Below, in pieces: positions 53,422 through 63,855 of a stretch of DNA of 64,000 nucleotides. Numbering within the stretch: the first letter of the stretch is position 1; each line of letters starts with the position of its first letter. The position numbers and the translations under genes are program-made. The notes below the pieces were generated by a model. It saw only the letters and a list, made by a program, of their open reading frames with translations. It had not been told where the DNA came from and ran no database searches. The stretch comes from a candidate division FCPU426 bacterium (GTDB lineage Bacteria; Oederibacteriota; Muellerivitia; Muellerivitales; Muellerivitaceae): positions 64,001-128,000 of the forward strand of contig CAVYSE010000003.1 of the NCBI GenBank assembly GCA_963771075.1, in the 5' to 3' direction.

Positions 53422-53850
53422 GTGAAACCATTGCGAATTGTGCTGGACACCAACATTCTTGTCTCCGCTTTAAGGTCGCGCTTAGGTGCTTCGCACCGCT
53501 TGTTATTGGCGGTGGGCGACAAACGGTTTCAAGTTCAATTGTCGGTGTCGTTGCTTTTGGAATACGAAGCGGCGATTAAAAACCCCAAAAGCGGCATCAA
53601 GCTTTCAGCTGATGAAAAGGACGATATTCTGGATTATCTCTGCTCCGAAGCCCGGCATTGTAAAGTTCACTTTCTTTGGAGGCCGTGCCTAAAAGACCCA
53701 GGAGATGACATGGTCCTGGAATTGGCCGTTGCTTCGGAAGCGGGTGGAATCGTTACTTTTAACAGACGGGATTTCAAGGGCATCGAGGCTTGGGGTTTAA
53801 AAGTTTATTCGCCCCAGGAATTTTTGACGATCTTAGGAGGACGAAAATGA
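53422..53850 (+). CDS. PIN family putative toxin (TIGR00305-like)
   Basis: IVLDTNILVSAL, LLLEYE, DPGDDMVLELAV, IVTFN.RDF. Confidence 0.92.
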   Translation: MKPLRIVLDTNILVSALRSRLGASHRLLLAVGDKRFQVQLSVSLLLEYEAAIKNPKSGIKLSADEKDDILDYLCSEARHCKVHFLWRPCLKDPGDDMVLELAVASEAGGIVTFNRRDFKGIEAWGLKVYSPQEFLTILGGRK

Positions 53851-54086
53851 GTGCTATCAGTTTGAGGCTGCCAAACACCCTTCACCGATCCGTTCGAGAA
53901 ATGGCCGACAAGGAACATGTTTCAATCAACCAAATGATAACTTTGGCTCTCGCGGAGAAAGTTTCGGCTTTGATGACGGATGAATATTTAGTCCACCGGG
54001 CAAAGCGGGGAAGCAAGGCGAAATTCCTGAAAGCGATGGGCAAGGTGGCTAAAACCGAGCCGGAACCGAAGGATAAACTTCATTAA
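53847..54086 (+). CDS. RHH/HicB-like antitoxin
   Basis: MSAISLRLP..LH......E.VSINQ.I.LALAEK; AGGAGG RBS; ATGA coupling with the toxin. Confidence 0.88.
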   Translation: MSAISLRLPNTLHRSVREMADKEHVSINQMITLALAEKVSALMTDEYLVHRAKRGSKAKFLKAMGKVAKTEPEPKDKLH

Positions 54087-54772
54087 TTGTTCAGCCTCTT
54101 TCCTGAATTTGTAGATAGAGTCTGTTTTAAATCTTGCTTTATTTGGTTGTCATTGCGACGAGTGGCCGCCGATATCCCGCATTTCCTTATTTACCCTTAA
54201 AGAAAAACGGGGCTAGGGGGACGTTCACGAGAGGCTTGTGGTAGTTGGCCTAAATTCGGCCAACCATCCATGGGCTTTAGCCCATGGACAATCCCAGTTT
54301 AAAAAGCCTTTAAAAAGGCCAAGACGAACATCGAACTGAGATCGCGACGTCGGCAACCGCCCCGATTGGGGCGCCCCCTCTCGATGACAGACCACAAAAA
54401 GTACTTCAAAACCCTTTATCTGCAAATTCGGGAAAGGCCCATTGTTCACGATGGGCCTGGTTGGTTCTATTTAGCCAAATGGGTCATCCGTTAGGTTGCA
54501 CGACGGGGACCCGTCTTTAAAAGTGGAATATGGGAAGTAAGTGGGAACTTACCGGGAATCTGGGAATTCCCTCTTGGGTTCGCGGTTCTAAACTCGTCCA
54601 ATGCGGGGATGCATAAAAGGGACTCGAACAGTTGGAAAGGCCCATGACAGTGCGAAGCACTGAGGGTGCAGGGAGAATCACTGCGAATTTGAAGGGTACA
54701 TAGGGGTAATTCCCTATGAGCGCTTTGCGCAAAACGGGATGTTTCCCATGAACGGTTTTAAAGGGGTACAAC

Positions 54773-55273
54773 TTATTCGGCGATGTACTTCCCGATGTGG
54801 ACCTGGTTGGCTGTGGCGCCCTGCACATATTCCAGGGCAAGTTTGGCCTTGGGGGTTTCCCCCGGCGCCAATTCCAGGTATTTCTTCCAGCAATCCACCG
54901 CCTTGTCCTTGTTGCCCCGGTTCAGGTAGATGCCCCCGAGCGAGAAATGAACGTCAATATGCTTGGGGTCCAGTTCCATGACCCTTTCGTATTCCACCAG
55001 GGCCTCTTCCCACCACATCTTGGCGTAATAGGCGTTGCCCAGGTGAAAATGGGCGGAAGGATGGCCGGGATTGAGGGCGACCGCCTTGGTGCATTCCTTG
55101 ATGGAATCTTCGTAATGGCCGGTCTTGAAAAGCAGGATTCCCAGGTTGAGCTGGGCCGGAAAATAGTTCGGGTTTAGCTCGAGGGCCTGGCGATAAAGCT
55201 CCTCAGCCCCGGGGAAATCCTGGTTCTTGTACAGGATGACTGCTTGTTTGTTGATTTCGGACACGTCCGTCAT
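54773..55273 (-). CDS. TPR protein
   Basis: Four TPRs (ALELNP, AVALNP, MELDP, LELAP). Confidence 0.92.
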   Translation of the reverse strand: MTDVSEINKQAVILYKNQDFPGAEELYRQALELNPNYFPAQLNLGILLFKTGHYEDSIKECTKAVALNPGHPSAHFHLGNAYYAKMWWEEALVEYERVMELDPKHIDVHFSLGGIYLNRGNKDKAVDCWKKYLELAPGETPKAKLALEYVQGATANQVHIGKYIAE

Positions 55274-55351
55274 GCCTATATCCTAGCGGAAAAAGTTCAA
55301 CACCGACATCTAACACAAAGCCACAAAGAACGGCAAATAAGGAAAAGTCTG

Positions 55352-55641
55352 GGAAGTGTCTCAGTTTGAAGTCATTCCGAGGAGCAGTGCTGATTTCCAT
55401 ATCCTTGAAATTAGGAGATCAGTACGATTTGCCCCCGTTGCCCTAAAGGGCAACGGAAGACTGGGCAATACCGCTTCAATAAATACCTAATAGAAAAGCG
55501 GTATGCGACGTCGGAATCCCAGGTTTTTCCGTAGGTTCAAAGTGTACAACCTGAGATTGCTACGGTTCAAACCGCCCCGATTGGGGCTGACCCTCGCAAT
55601 GACGACTTGAATTAATAGCCCTTTTAAACTGAGACACTACC
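55352..55641. mobile_element. Composite MITE-like repeat, copy B (inverted relative to 44735-45064)
   Basis: Same TIRs; long near-identical stretch (GTCATTCCGAGGAGCAGTGCTGATTTCC...). Confidence 0.85.
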
Positions 55642-55729
55642 AAATTCTGACTTTTCAAAAAATCAGGTCTTACTTCGCCTCCCTGAGTGTCTTTGTGCCT
55701 TGGTGATAGCCTTGGTTTTTACTCTTGGT

Positions 55730-56605
55730 TTAAGGGATGACTTTATTCAGGGGATATTCCACGATTCCCTCGGCGCCCTGGTCCTTAAGCTTCGGGATCA
55801 TGTCCCGGACCGTCTTCTCATTGACCACCGTATCCACGTCCACCCAGTTCTTGTCCTGAAGCTCGGAGATGGTGGGCGAATTGAGCGAAGGAAGGACCTT
55901 CAGCACCGATTCCAGCTTGGCCCGGGGCACGTTCATCTTCAACCCCACCTTTTCCTCGGCCGCCAGGGCTCCCTTCAATAATAGCACCATGTCCTCGATT
56001 TTCTTTTTCTTCCAGGGGTCCGCCCAGGCCGCCTTATTGGCGATGACCAGGGTGTTGGATTCCATCAGGGTTTCCAGGATTACCAGGTTGTTCGCCCGCA
56101 GGGAGGAGCCGGTTTCGGTCACCTCGATGATGGCGTCGGCCAGCTCGGGAGGCTTGGCTTCGGTGGCGCCCCAGGAAAATTCCACAGTGGCCTTGACCCC
56201 GTTCTTTTTCAGGTATTCCTTCGAGACGTTCACCAGCTCGGTGGCGATCTTTTTGCCTTCCAGGTCCTTCACCGATTTGATATTGGAACTGGCCGGGGCC
56301 GCCAGGACCCAACGGACGGGCCGTAGGCCCGCTTTCGCGTAGATCAATTCCGCCACCTCATGCACCTGGGAGCCGTTTTCCATGACCCAATCCCGGCCGG
56401 TCATGCCCACGTCCAGGGTGCCGTCCTCGACGTAGCGGCTCATTTCCTGGGCCCGGATCAGCATGGCCTTCATCTCGGGGTCGTCGATATTGGGAAAATA
56501 GGAACGGGAGGTGGATGAGATTTTGTAACCGGCCTTGGCGAACAGGTGAAAGGTGGATTCCTGGAGGCTTCCCTTGGGCAGTCCCAGCTTTAACAGATTA
56601 GGCAT
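55730..56605 (-). CDS. hisG: ATP phosphoribosyltransferase (long form)
   Basis: [41 protein letters not shown]-terminal SPTIS regulatory domain. Confidence 0.96.
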   Translation of the reverse strand: MPNLLKLGLPKGSLQESTFHLFAKAGYKISSTSRSYFPNIDDPEMKAMLIRAQEMSRYVEDGTLDVGMTGRDWVMENGSQVHEVAELIYAKAGLRPVRWVLAAPASSNIKSVKDLEGKKIATELVNVSKEYLKKNGVKATVEFSWGATEAKPPELADAIIEVTETGSSLRANNLVILETLMESNTLVIANKAAWADPWKKKKIEDMVLLLKGALAAEEKVGLKMNVPRAKLESVLKVLPSLNSPTISELQDKNWVDVDTVVNEKTVRDMIPKLKDQGAEGIVEYPLNKVIP

Positions 56606-56749
56606 TTTGGGTTTCCTTGCGTTTGGTGGTAAGACTCGCTTATTTAACAAAAGGCGCTGGGCTTTGGCAACCGTTTCATTCTTATAATTCGTCGGTGTCT
56701 TTTGATAGACTAGCCGCCGTTCAAACCGACGGAAAGGCGGACTTTAACC

Positions 56750-57826
56750 GTGCCGATGGACCTCTACAACCTCAACCGGGACGAACTGACCCGCCACTTC
56801 GTGGCATCGGGCGCGCCCCGCCATACCGGCGGGCAGGTCTTCCACTGGCTGTACCAAAAAAAATGCGGGTCCTTCCAGGACATCACGGACATTCCCCAAT
56901 CCACCCGGGAGGAACTGAACCGCCAGGCCCGCGTGACGCCGCTCCAACTCGACTCCAAACAAACCTCGGCCGATGGGACAGTCAAATATCTCTGGTCCCT
57001 CCCGGCCCTGGAGCAGGGCCCCGGCGGCCGGGTGGAAAGCGTCCTTCTTCCCATGTCGCGCGACGAGGAAGGCGAAGCCGGTTTTTACACAGCCTGCATC
57101 TCCACCCAGGCCGGTTGCCGCATGAAATGCGCCTTTTGCGCCACCGGGGTCCCCAAGTTCGGCCGCCACCTTTCCACCGCCGAGATTGTCGGCCAGGTAT
57201 TGGGGATGGAACGGGATTCGGGAATGAAATTCAGCAATATCGTGGTCATGGGGATGGGGGAACCCCTGGACAATTACGAGCCCACCCAAAAGGCCATGCG
57301 CATCTTCCATGACCCCGAGGGGCTCAACCTCGGACGGCGCCGGATGACCGTTTCCACCTCCGGGTTATTGGAACCCCTGAAAAGGTTCATCAAGGACGAC
57401 TGGCCGGTCTCACTGGCCCTTTCCCTGCACAGCGCCGATCCGGAAATCCGCAGCCGCCTGATGCCGGTCAACCGTTCCAACCCGCTGGAAAAACTGAAAA
57501 AACTCCTGAGGGAATTCACCTTTACCCGGCGCCTGCCCGTGACCCTGGAATATATCCTCCTGAAGGGGGTGAATGACGGCCCCGAGGACGCCCGAAAGCT
57601 GGCGGCCTTCTGCAAGGACCTGCTTTGCAAGGTCAACTTGATCCGATACAACCCAGTCCCGACCCTCCCCTTCCAATCGCCGGGCGAGGAGGCGGTGGAA
57701 GCCTTCAAGCAATCCCTGAGGGAAAAGGGCATGATGGTTTTCCTGCGGGAACGCAAAGGGGTGGATATCGACGCGGCCTGCGGGCAACTGGGATTCAAGG
57801 AAAGCCTGGCGGGGGCGGAACCATGA
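56750..57826 (+). CDS. rlmN: 23S rRNA m2A2503 methyltransferase (radical SAM)
   Basis: CISTQAGCRMKCAFCATG, MGMGEP, SLH, EYILL.GVND, IDAACGQL. Confidence 0.96.
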   Translation: MPMDLYNLNRDELTRHFVASGAPRHTGGQVFHWLYQKKCGSFQDITDIPQSTREELNRQARVTPLQLDSKQTSADGTVKYLWSLPALEQGPGGRVESVLLPMSRDEEGEAGFYTACISTQAGCRMKCAFCATGVPKFGRHLSTAEIVGQVLGMERDSGMKFSNIVVMGMGEPLDNYEPTQKAMRIFHDPEGLNLGRRRMTVSTSGLLEPLKRFIKDDWPVSLALSLHSADPEIRSRLMPVNRSNPLEKLKKLLREFTFTRRLPVTLEYILLKGVNDGPEDARKLAAFCKDLLCKVNLIRYNPVPTLPFQSPGEEAVEAFKQSLREKGMMVFLRERKGVDIDAACGQLGFKESLAGAEP

Positions 57827-58815
57827 TGAAAGACGCTTTCCGTTCTTACCGGCAGGCCCTGACCGATTCCGAAAAGATCCTGATCCGCAGGGCCCTGAAC
57901 CTGCTGGGTGTTTTCACCCTGGTGGCGCTTTCCTGCGGCGGGGTATCCCTTTTGTTCACCCAGCTGCACCAGCCCATGATCGTTCCCAAGATCGTCGGTT
58001 TGAGCGAGTCCCAGGCGAAGGATGCCCTTTCCTCCAAGGGACTGAGGCTGAAGATCTTGAGGTCCCAGTATGACGACCATGTTCCAGAGGGGCTTTTGAG
58101 CGAACAAAACCCCCGGGCCAACGCCTATCTGAAGCGGGGCAAGGAGGTCGGGGCGGTCCTGAGCAAGGGAAACCCCAAGGTCAAGGTTCCCTATGTGGTT
58201 CAGCTTTCGTTCCGGGAGGCCCAGATCCTCTTGGCCGCCAACCGCCTTCGCGTGGGGAGGGAATCCCTCGTGGCCGACAACCTGGAACCCAAGGACACGG
58301 TCCTCGCCCAGGTCCCCGATCAAGGGGAGGCGGCCGGGGCCTTCGACACCGTGGACCTATTGGTTTCCACCGGGCCGGACAACCCGAGTTTCCTGATGCC
58401 CAACCTCGCCCAACAGCCCCTGGAAACCGCGTTCAAGCTCCTGCGGCCCGCCGGGATCACGCTTCAAAAGATCAAGATCGAGGTGCATGACGACCTGGAT
58501 TCGGAAACCATCCTCTCGCAAACTCCCGCCGCCGGTTCCCGGGTGCTTCACGGCGACAACGCCTCCCTGGTCGTGAGCGCGAAAAGCTCGGACGCTTCCC
58601 TCAAGGCCCGCCTCGCCAAGGTCGACTTCGACATGCCCGTGGGGAACCCCCACCGGCTCCAGATCGACGTGTTCGATTCCACCGGAACCCGCACCGTTTT
58701 TAACCGCATGCAGGGCCCCCTGGACCACGTGGAGGTGGAGGTGAGCGTCACGGGCAAGGCCTCGGCCCAGATCTACCTGAACCAGGAATATGTTAAGGAG
58801 ATTCCCATCGAGTAG
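57823..58815 (+). CDS. Membrane-anchored PASTA domain protein (3 PASTA, no kinase)
   Basis: TM helix, then VP.IVG..Q.P / VP.VV..Q.P / MPNL..Q.P repeats. Confidence 0.88.
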   Translation: MMKDAFRSYRQALTDSEKILIRRALNLLGVFTLVALSCGGVSLLFTQLHQPMIVPKIVGLSESQAKDALSSKGLRLKILRSQYDDHVPEGLLSEQNPRANAYLKRGKEVGAVLSKGNPKVKVPYVVQLSFREAQILLAANRLRVGRESLVADNLEPKDTVLAQVPDQGEAAGAFDTVDLLVSTGPDNPSFLMPNLAQQPLETAFKLLRPAGITLQKIKIEVHDDLDSETILSQTPAAGSRVLHGDNASLVVSAKSSDASLKARLAKVDFDMPVGNPHRLQIDVFDSTGTRTVFNRMQGPLDHVEVEVSVTGKASAQIYLNQEYVKEIPIE

Positions 58816-58863
58816 CGCGGCGGAAGGCAAAGGCGAGGCGGGGCGGCCAACCCTAAGATCGGG

Positions 58864-59610
58864 TTACCTTAAATTGGAGATATTTTTCAGCTTCGCGCGG
58901 GCCTGGCCGATCTTACCTTGGACATCCGTGTTATCCGGATCTTCCTGGAGACATTCCTCCCACTTCCGGATCGCGTCCCTGAGTTGCCCATTGATATAGA
59001 GGGTGATCCCCTCGAAATAAAGCGCCTTCACCTTGGAGGCGTCCACCTTGTTGTAAATTTTGGCGATCTGCATGAGCTGGGCCCTTAGGGTAAGCCCCGC
59101 TTTTTTCACCGATTTGGGGTTCACCACCAGCCCAATCCGGTCCCCCTCCTGGTCGAAGGTGATCATGCCGCCCAGGGACGGAAATTGGTCGATCTCCGAA
59201 ACCGTGAGGAGGTTCGCCCCCCTCACGGAGGAGAGCACTTCCCTCATGTTGTCTTTTTCCGAATCGGAGATGAACAGGATCTGGCAGCTTCGCAGGGTGT
59301 CCAAGGGGGTCGTATCCGGATCGCTGAAGCGCCTGACAATCAGGGATCGGCCTTCGACCACCTTTCCCTTGATCACGTCGTCCAGGGTCGTCCCGAAGGG
59401 ATCTTCCCCCAGGACACCCAGGACAATGGGGGCGTCGCTGCTGACGAAAACGCTTGGGGGCCATTCCACGAACTTGGCGAAATTGTACAGGTACTCCGCC
59501 TTGACCGCGTATTCGGAAATATTGGCGCTGAAGGCCGGGGTAATCAGGATCAAGACAATTGCGAACAGGAATGGTTTGGTTTTTCCCACGATCGTCCCCT
59601 CCTTCCTCAT
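58864..59610 (-). CDS. YfiR family (DUF4154) protein with C-terminal TPR
   Basis: EYAVKAEYLYNFAKFVEWP, GVLGEDPFG, CQILFI, LLTVSE, GGMI; tail ALYFEG..AIRKWEECLQEDP. Confidence 0.9.
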   Translation of the reverse strand: MRKEGTIVGKTKPFLFAIVLILITPAFSANISEYAVKAEYLYNFAKFVEWPPSVFVSSDAPIVLGVLGEDPFGTTLDDVIKGKVVEGRSLIVRRFSDPDTTPLDTLRSCQILFISDSEKDNMREVLSSVRGANLLTVSEIDQFPSLGGMITFDQEGDRIGLVVNPKSVKKAGLTLRAQLMQIAKIYNKVDASKVKALYFEGITLYINGQLRDAIRKWEECLQEDPDNTDVQGKIGQARAKLKNISNLR

Positions 59611-59690
59611 TCGCTTTCGGCCAGGTTTAGGAACCGGTCCCATGACAAAAAATAAACCGTCCTAAAACTACTCTTAAACTTCCCCGAGAC

Positions 59691-61754
59691 TCACAATTTA
59701 AGGCTTAATTTTCCCCAAACGAGGAGCCCGTCCTGTTGAAGCGTGTTTTCCAACAGCGTGCCCGCCGTGGGTTGGTAATAGGTCGTGTTGAGCAGGTTAT
59801 AGGCCGATAGCGTGGCTTCGACGTTATCCCAAATGAAATGCGGGGAATAGAGTTTCAGGTTGAGGAGCGTGTAATCCGGCGCCCAAACGTCATTGAACCC
59901 ATAGCTCGCCGCCGTGAACTGGCACTCCGCGGTCACGGTGAGGAGCCGGGGGTCGATGGGAACCTGCAGGCTGGCCTTCCCCAGGTTTTGGGGGGAGTCG
60001 GGGAGCACATACTCCGCGTTCTCATCCTCGTCATACTGGTAGGACCAGCTCAAACGTCCCTGGATCCCGCTGTCGTCGCTGTATTGGTATTCAAACTCCG
60101 CGCCGTTGACCTCCACATGGCCGACGTTCTCGTAGATCGTGAGCAAGGGGTTATCCGCGGCGGGCACGCCCAGGATCAGGTTGCTTCCCGAATAATGAAA
60201 CAGGGAAAAGATCGTCCGGTGGTTCTGGCTGATGTTTTGTTCCCAGTCGAACTCGTAGGTCTCAAAGACCTCGTTTTTCAAGCTGGGATTGGATTCCTCG
60301 CTAAGGCCCCCGTCCTGGTAATACAGCTCAAAAGGCGTGGGGGCCCGGAATCCCTCTCCCGCGATTAATTTCAAAACCGTGGGTTGAACCGGCTGCCAGA
60401 TGATGGAACCCCGGGGTATCCACTGGGAACCGGTCACGGAGAAATAGTCGTACCGGCCGCCCAGGTTCAGGATCAGGTTGGAAGTGAACTTGACCTCGTC
60501 CTCGGCGTAGAGGGACCATTGGGTGGATTGGCGGGAATCGTCCAGGGCGGGCGCGGATCCCACATCGTAATTTTTCTGGTATTACTCGAAATTGTCAGTG
60601 AATTCGGTGCCCAGGCTGAGCTTGTTTTTCTCAAAGGGCGCGAAGGTAAATCGGAGTTCCGCGCCCCCCCAAGCCCCGTTTCCGATATCCACGTTCGGTA
60701 TGCCGCTATAGATGTAATTGCCGGTGTAATTGGCCGCGTCCGCGTAAAGCCGGGCCAGCCATTGCCCGCTTTCCACGTCCCCGTGGTGGTAGGCCAACTC
60801 GGCGAAAGAATTCAGGTCATCGGTATAGTTATTGGGGTTGTTGAAGTCGGATCCGTAGGAACCCGTGGGGATGACCTTGAAGCGGTGCATGACCGCCCCC
60901 TCCAGTGACCAATCGTCGAGTTGTAAAGAGGCGAACCCATGCTGGGCGTTTTCCGAATCGCAATCATGGGCGACGCCGTTGTTGGCGGAAAGCGGGTTGG
61001 CGGGATCGTTGTATTCGGGAAAATAAAGGTTCCCATTCCCGGCGCTGTAATAATCGGAGCCTTCCAGGGTCCACTGAAAGCCCGAATCGGTGATTCCCCC
61101 GTATTGGATTTCGTTGCCCAGGGTACCCAAGCTGGCCTCCTGGGCGGTCAGGACCACGCCATTAATGTCTTTTCCCTTTTTGGTGATGACGTTGATGACC
61201 CCGAACACGGCGTTGCTTCCATAGCTGGCGGCGGCGGGCCCCCGAATGATCTCCACGTGATCCACCATGTCCATGTCGATCGTGGCGTCTTCCCCGGAGT
61301 AAAACTCGCCATAGACGTCGTCATTGATCCGGTGCCCGTCGATCATCAGCAGAACACGGGAGTTATAGCCCCCCAGGCTTCCCATTCCCCGAAGGCCCAG
61401 GTAGGTATAGTTTCGGTCGGAGGTCACCCAAAAACCCCGAACTGCGTTGAAGAGGTCGTCCAGGGTCCGGTACCCGCCCGCCTTGATCTCGGAGGAGGTC
61501 AGGATGGTGGTGGTGCCGGGGGCTTCGGTGGTTTTTTGCTCGCTTTTGGAAGAGGAATAGACCACTTCGGTTTTATTCAGGTCGTTCAGGCTCGTATCAT
61601 CCGCGTTAGAGGAATCAGGGGTGGAAACAGCTGAAACGGCGGAACCGTCCGGGGACTCGCACCAGGAATGGGAGGGGAGTAAAAGGACCGGAAAGACCAT
61701 GGATAAGATTATTATTTTTAAACCCAGCCGATCCGCAACCAAAACCTTCAACAT
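59691..61754 (-). CDS. TonB-dependent receptor (frameshift near 60580)
   Basis: Plug motifs EAP..TILT..EI, RVLLMIDG, VEIIRGP...YGSNA..GVINVITK; barrel continues in 59691..60563 (GGRYD, GFRAPT, YNLLN). Confidence 0.9.
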
Positions 61755-61956
61755 ACAACGACCTCCGCTAAGGATTTCCGCGAGGCGCCCAACTTAATTT
61801 AAAAAAACGGGTTCAACCAAGGTAATCGATTTAACAAAACCCATTCCAAACGGATCACAATATTTGCCGGTTAATTTTTTAAATTGTACTACCCTTTTTC
61901 CCTTTCGCCTATCCTGCTATGGCATTTCCATTCTTTCGAAGAAACGAGGGCTGATC

Positions 61957-62505
61957 TTGGCGCTGCCATCGACGATCTATCGTTTCCAGGTCGATCTATC
62001 CGACGTGGACCGGGGCCTGTATGGGAAGATTGAGTTCCGCGCGGCCATGCATCCTTCCGAATCGATTCCTTTTTTCGTCGCGCGGATCCTTGCCTTTTGC
62101 CTTAATTTCCGGGAGGGTTTAGAATTCTCCGCGGGTATCAGCACCCCCGAGGAGCCCGCCCTGTTCTTGAAGGGCATGACGGGCGGTTACGATCTATGGG
62201 TGGACATCGGCAACCCCTCCGCGAAAAGGGTCCACAAAGCTTCCAAATCGTCTAAAACGGTCCGGATCTACACCCACAAGGACGCGCGAATGCTGGCGAA
62301 AGAATTGAAAGAGGAAAGGGTCCACCGGCTGGGCGAAATCGGGCTTTTTTCATTCGAACAAAAGTTCCTGAACGATCTGGGGGCCCGTCTAGGAAGGGAC
62401 AATCGTTGGGAGTTCACCCATCAAGAGGGAGAATTATACCTCGGGATCGGCCAAGCCTCTTTCCAGGGTCGAATGGATCGTATCGTTTGGGAAGAGGACC
62501 CCTGA
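61957..62505 (+). CDS. yaeQ: YaeQ family protein
   Basis: MAL.STIY...LSDVDRG.Y, A.HPSES, GISTPEEPA, LWVDIG.P..KR..KAS. Confidence 0.92.
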   Translation: MALPSTIYRFQVDLSDVDRGLYGKIEFRAAMHPSESIPFFVARILAFCLNFREGLEFSAGISTPEEPALFLKGMTGGYDLWVDIGNPSAKRVHKASKSSKTVRIYTHKDARMLAKELKEERVHRLGEIGLFSFEQKFLNDLGARLGRDNRWEFTHQEGELYLGIGQASFQGRMDRIVWEEDP

Positions 62506-62542
62506 TTCCCGCGAAAAGGATGACCACGAACCTTTCGTTTAT

Positions 62543-62932
62543 TTAGGAGGCGGACAGATCGCCATTTAAAAGTTGCCCAGCCAAATCGGCGATTTCCCCG
62601 GGAGCGGCGGGTTTCTGGACAAACCACACCATGGGGTCTTTCTTGTATTCCACCAACAGACCCGGGGTGATCCGGTTGGACAGGGCCACGACCCGCTGAT
62701 TCGCCGCGTCCCTCGCGTTGCGCAGCTGATGGAGAAATTTCTCGCCGTCCATCCCGGGCGTTTCCAGGTCCGCGATGATGAGTTCCATATCCCGTTGATC
62801 CATTTCCCGCAGGGCCGTTCTTGGGTCCTTTTCTTCCCACAGGACCATTTCTCCCAACGTTTGCGCGAGGGATGCCTTCAAGGCTTCCCCGCTTTCCGAG
62901 TTCGGGTTTAGGACCAGCACGTTCAATGACAT
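62543..62932 (-). CDS. Single-domain response regulator (atypical receiver)
   Basis: LIIADLETPGMDG, VVALS, FVQKP; the acidic pocket after beta1 reads LNPN. Confidence 0.8.
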   Translation of the reverse strand: MSLNVLVLNPNSESGEALKASLAQTLGEMVLWEEKDPRTALREMDQRDMELIIADLETPGMDGEKFLHQLRNARDAANQRVVALSNRITPGLLVEYKKDPMVWFVQKPAAPGEIADLAGQLLNGDLSAS

Positions 62933-63337
62933 TTAAACTACCTCCTCAAGCCCACCGGCTTTTGCCCTATCCCTCTTTTCGATCCGATCCGCTTCCGCGG
63001 TCATGACCTTGATCCGGCTGGAAGCTTCCACCAGGCATCGAAGGAGCGGTTCGAACAGTTCCTCTTCCGGCTGACCTCCCTGTAGACCCAGGGACATTTC
63101 CCTTATCTTTGAGTCCAATTCCCGAACCCACCCTTCATCAAGGGCGGAAGCCTTCCCCACCCAGGCGGACAACTCGCGAATCGACTCTTTAACCTCTCCC
63201 TTTCTTTTCCCGTTGGAAAAGCTGACGCGGGTACCCAAAGCGTAGAGTTGACAATCCAGTTGGCGAACCAGATTCATTTCCCGGTCGGTCAAAGTCCGGT
63301 TCCTTTCTCCACCCAAAAACGGATCTCGACGGGACAT
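62933..63337 (-). CDS. Hypothetical helical protein
   Basis: 134 aa ORF between the CheX-like gene and the receiver; its 3' end carries the GGAGG RBS of the next gene. Confidence 0.55.
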   Translation of the reverse strand: MSRRDPFLGGERNRTLTDREMNLVRQLDCQLYALGTRVSFSNGKRKGEVKESIRELSAWVGKASALDEGWVRELDSKIREMSLGLQGGQPEEELFEPLLRCLVEASSRIKVMTAEADRIEKRDRAKAGGLEEVV

Positions 63338-63855
63338 TGACTCAAAAGCAGCGCCACGGCGGCCTGGGTCTTGCCCTTGGGCCAGGATTGCGGGGTGCAG
63401 GTTTGGGAGGGGATCGCGTGGATGCCCTCCCTATTCCAGAATGAGGACAACAAATGGCCGCAGAAGGTTTGAAAAAGCTCCTGGAAAGCCTCGTCGCTGG
63501 TTTGTATCTGCGGAAGGGAGCCTTCTTTCCTCTCCAGCAGCAATCCCCCCAGGGAGTTATGGGCCCTCAGATTCACCAGGCCGCGGATCGTTCCGGCCAG
63601 GTAGGAACAGCGTTCCAGGGACATGACCGAGGGTCCCTCGACGGGCGGGCCGAGCGGCTGGCAAGGAAGGTGCAGCCATGACCGTGAAACGGCCTGAAAG
63701 GCTTGGAAAAGATCCTCACTCGTAGGCAAAAGCGTGGAAGCCACGGCAGGGGCGGAAAAGCCTGTGTTGCTGTAAACGCTGGATTCGGTCGTGGTTTTCC
63801 TCGAAAGGGATTTTAATTTTCGGGAGATAACCATGCCTTGGTTGAGGCAAGCCAT
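63289..63855 (-). CDS. CheX-like protein (degenerate)
   Basis: LAGTIRGLVNL..., DEAFQELFQTFCGHL resembles the CheC/CheX D/E..E..N...G helix; next to a receiver. Confidence 0.5.
   Translation of the reverse strand: MACLNQGMVISRKLKSLSRKTTTESSVYSNTGFSAPAVASTLLPTSEDLFQAFQAVSRSWLHLPCQPLGPPVEGPSVMSLERCSYLAGTIRGLVNLRAHNSLGGLLLERKEGSLPQIQTSDEAFQELFQTFCGHLLSSFWNREGIHAIPSQTCTPQSWPKGKTQAAVALLLSQCPVEIRFWVEKGTGL

Noticed and set aside
51714..54928. Diversity-generating retroelement TR/VR pair
   Set aside because: Mismatches are not adenine-specific (T/G, G/C, C/A) and there is no reverse transcriptase in the window
60563..60600. TonB receptor as two genes (plug and barrel)
   Set aside because: The break falls mid-barrel and the sequence continues in another frame; probable indel
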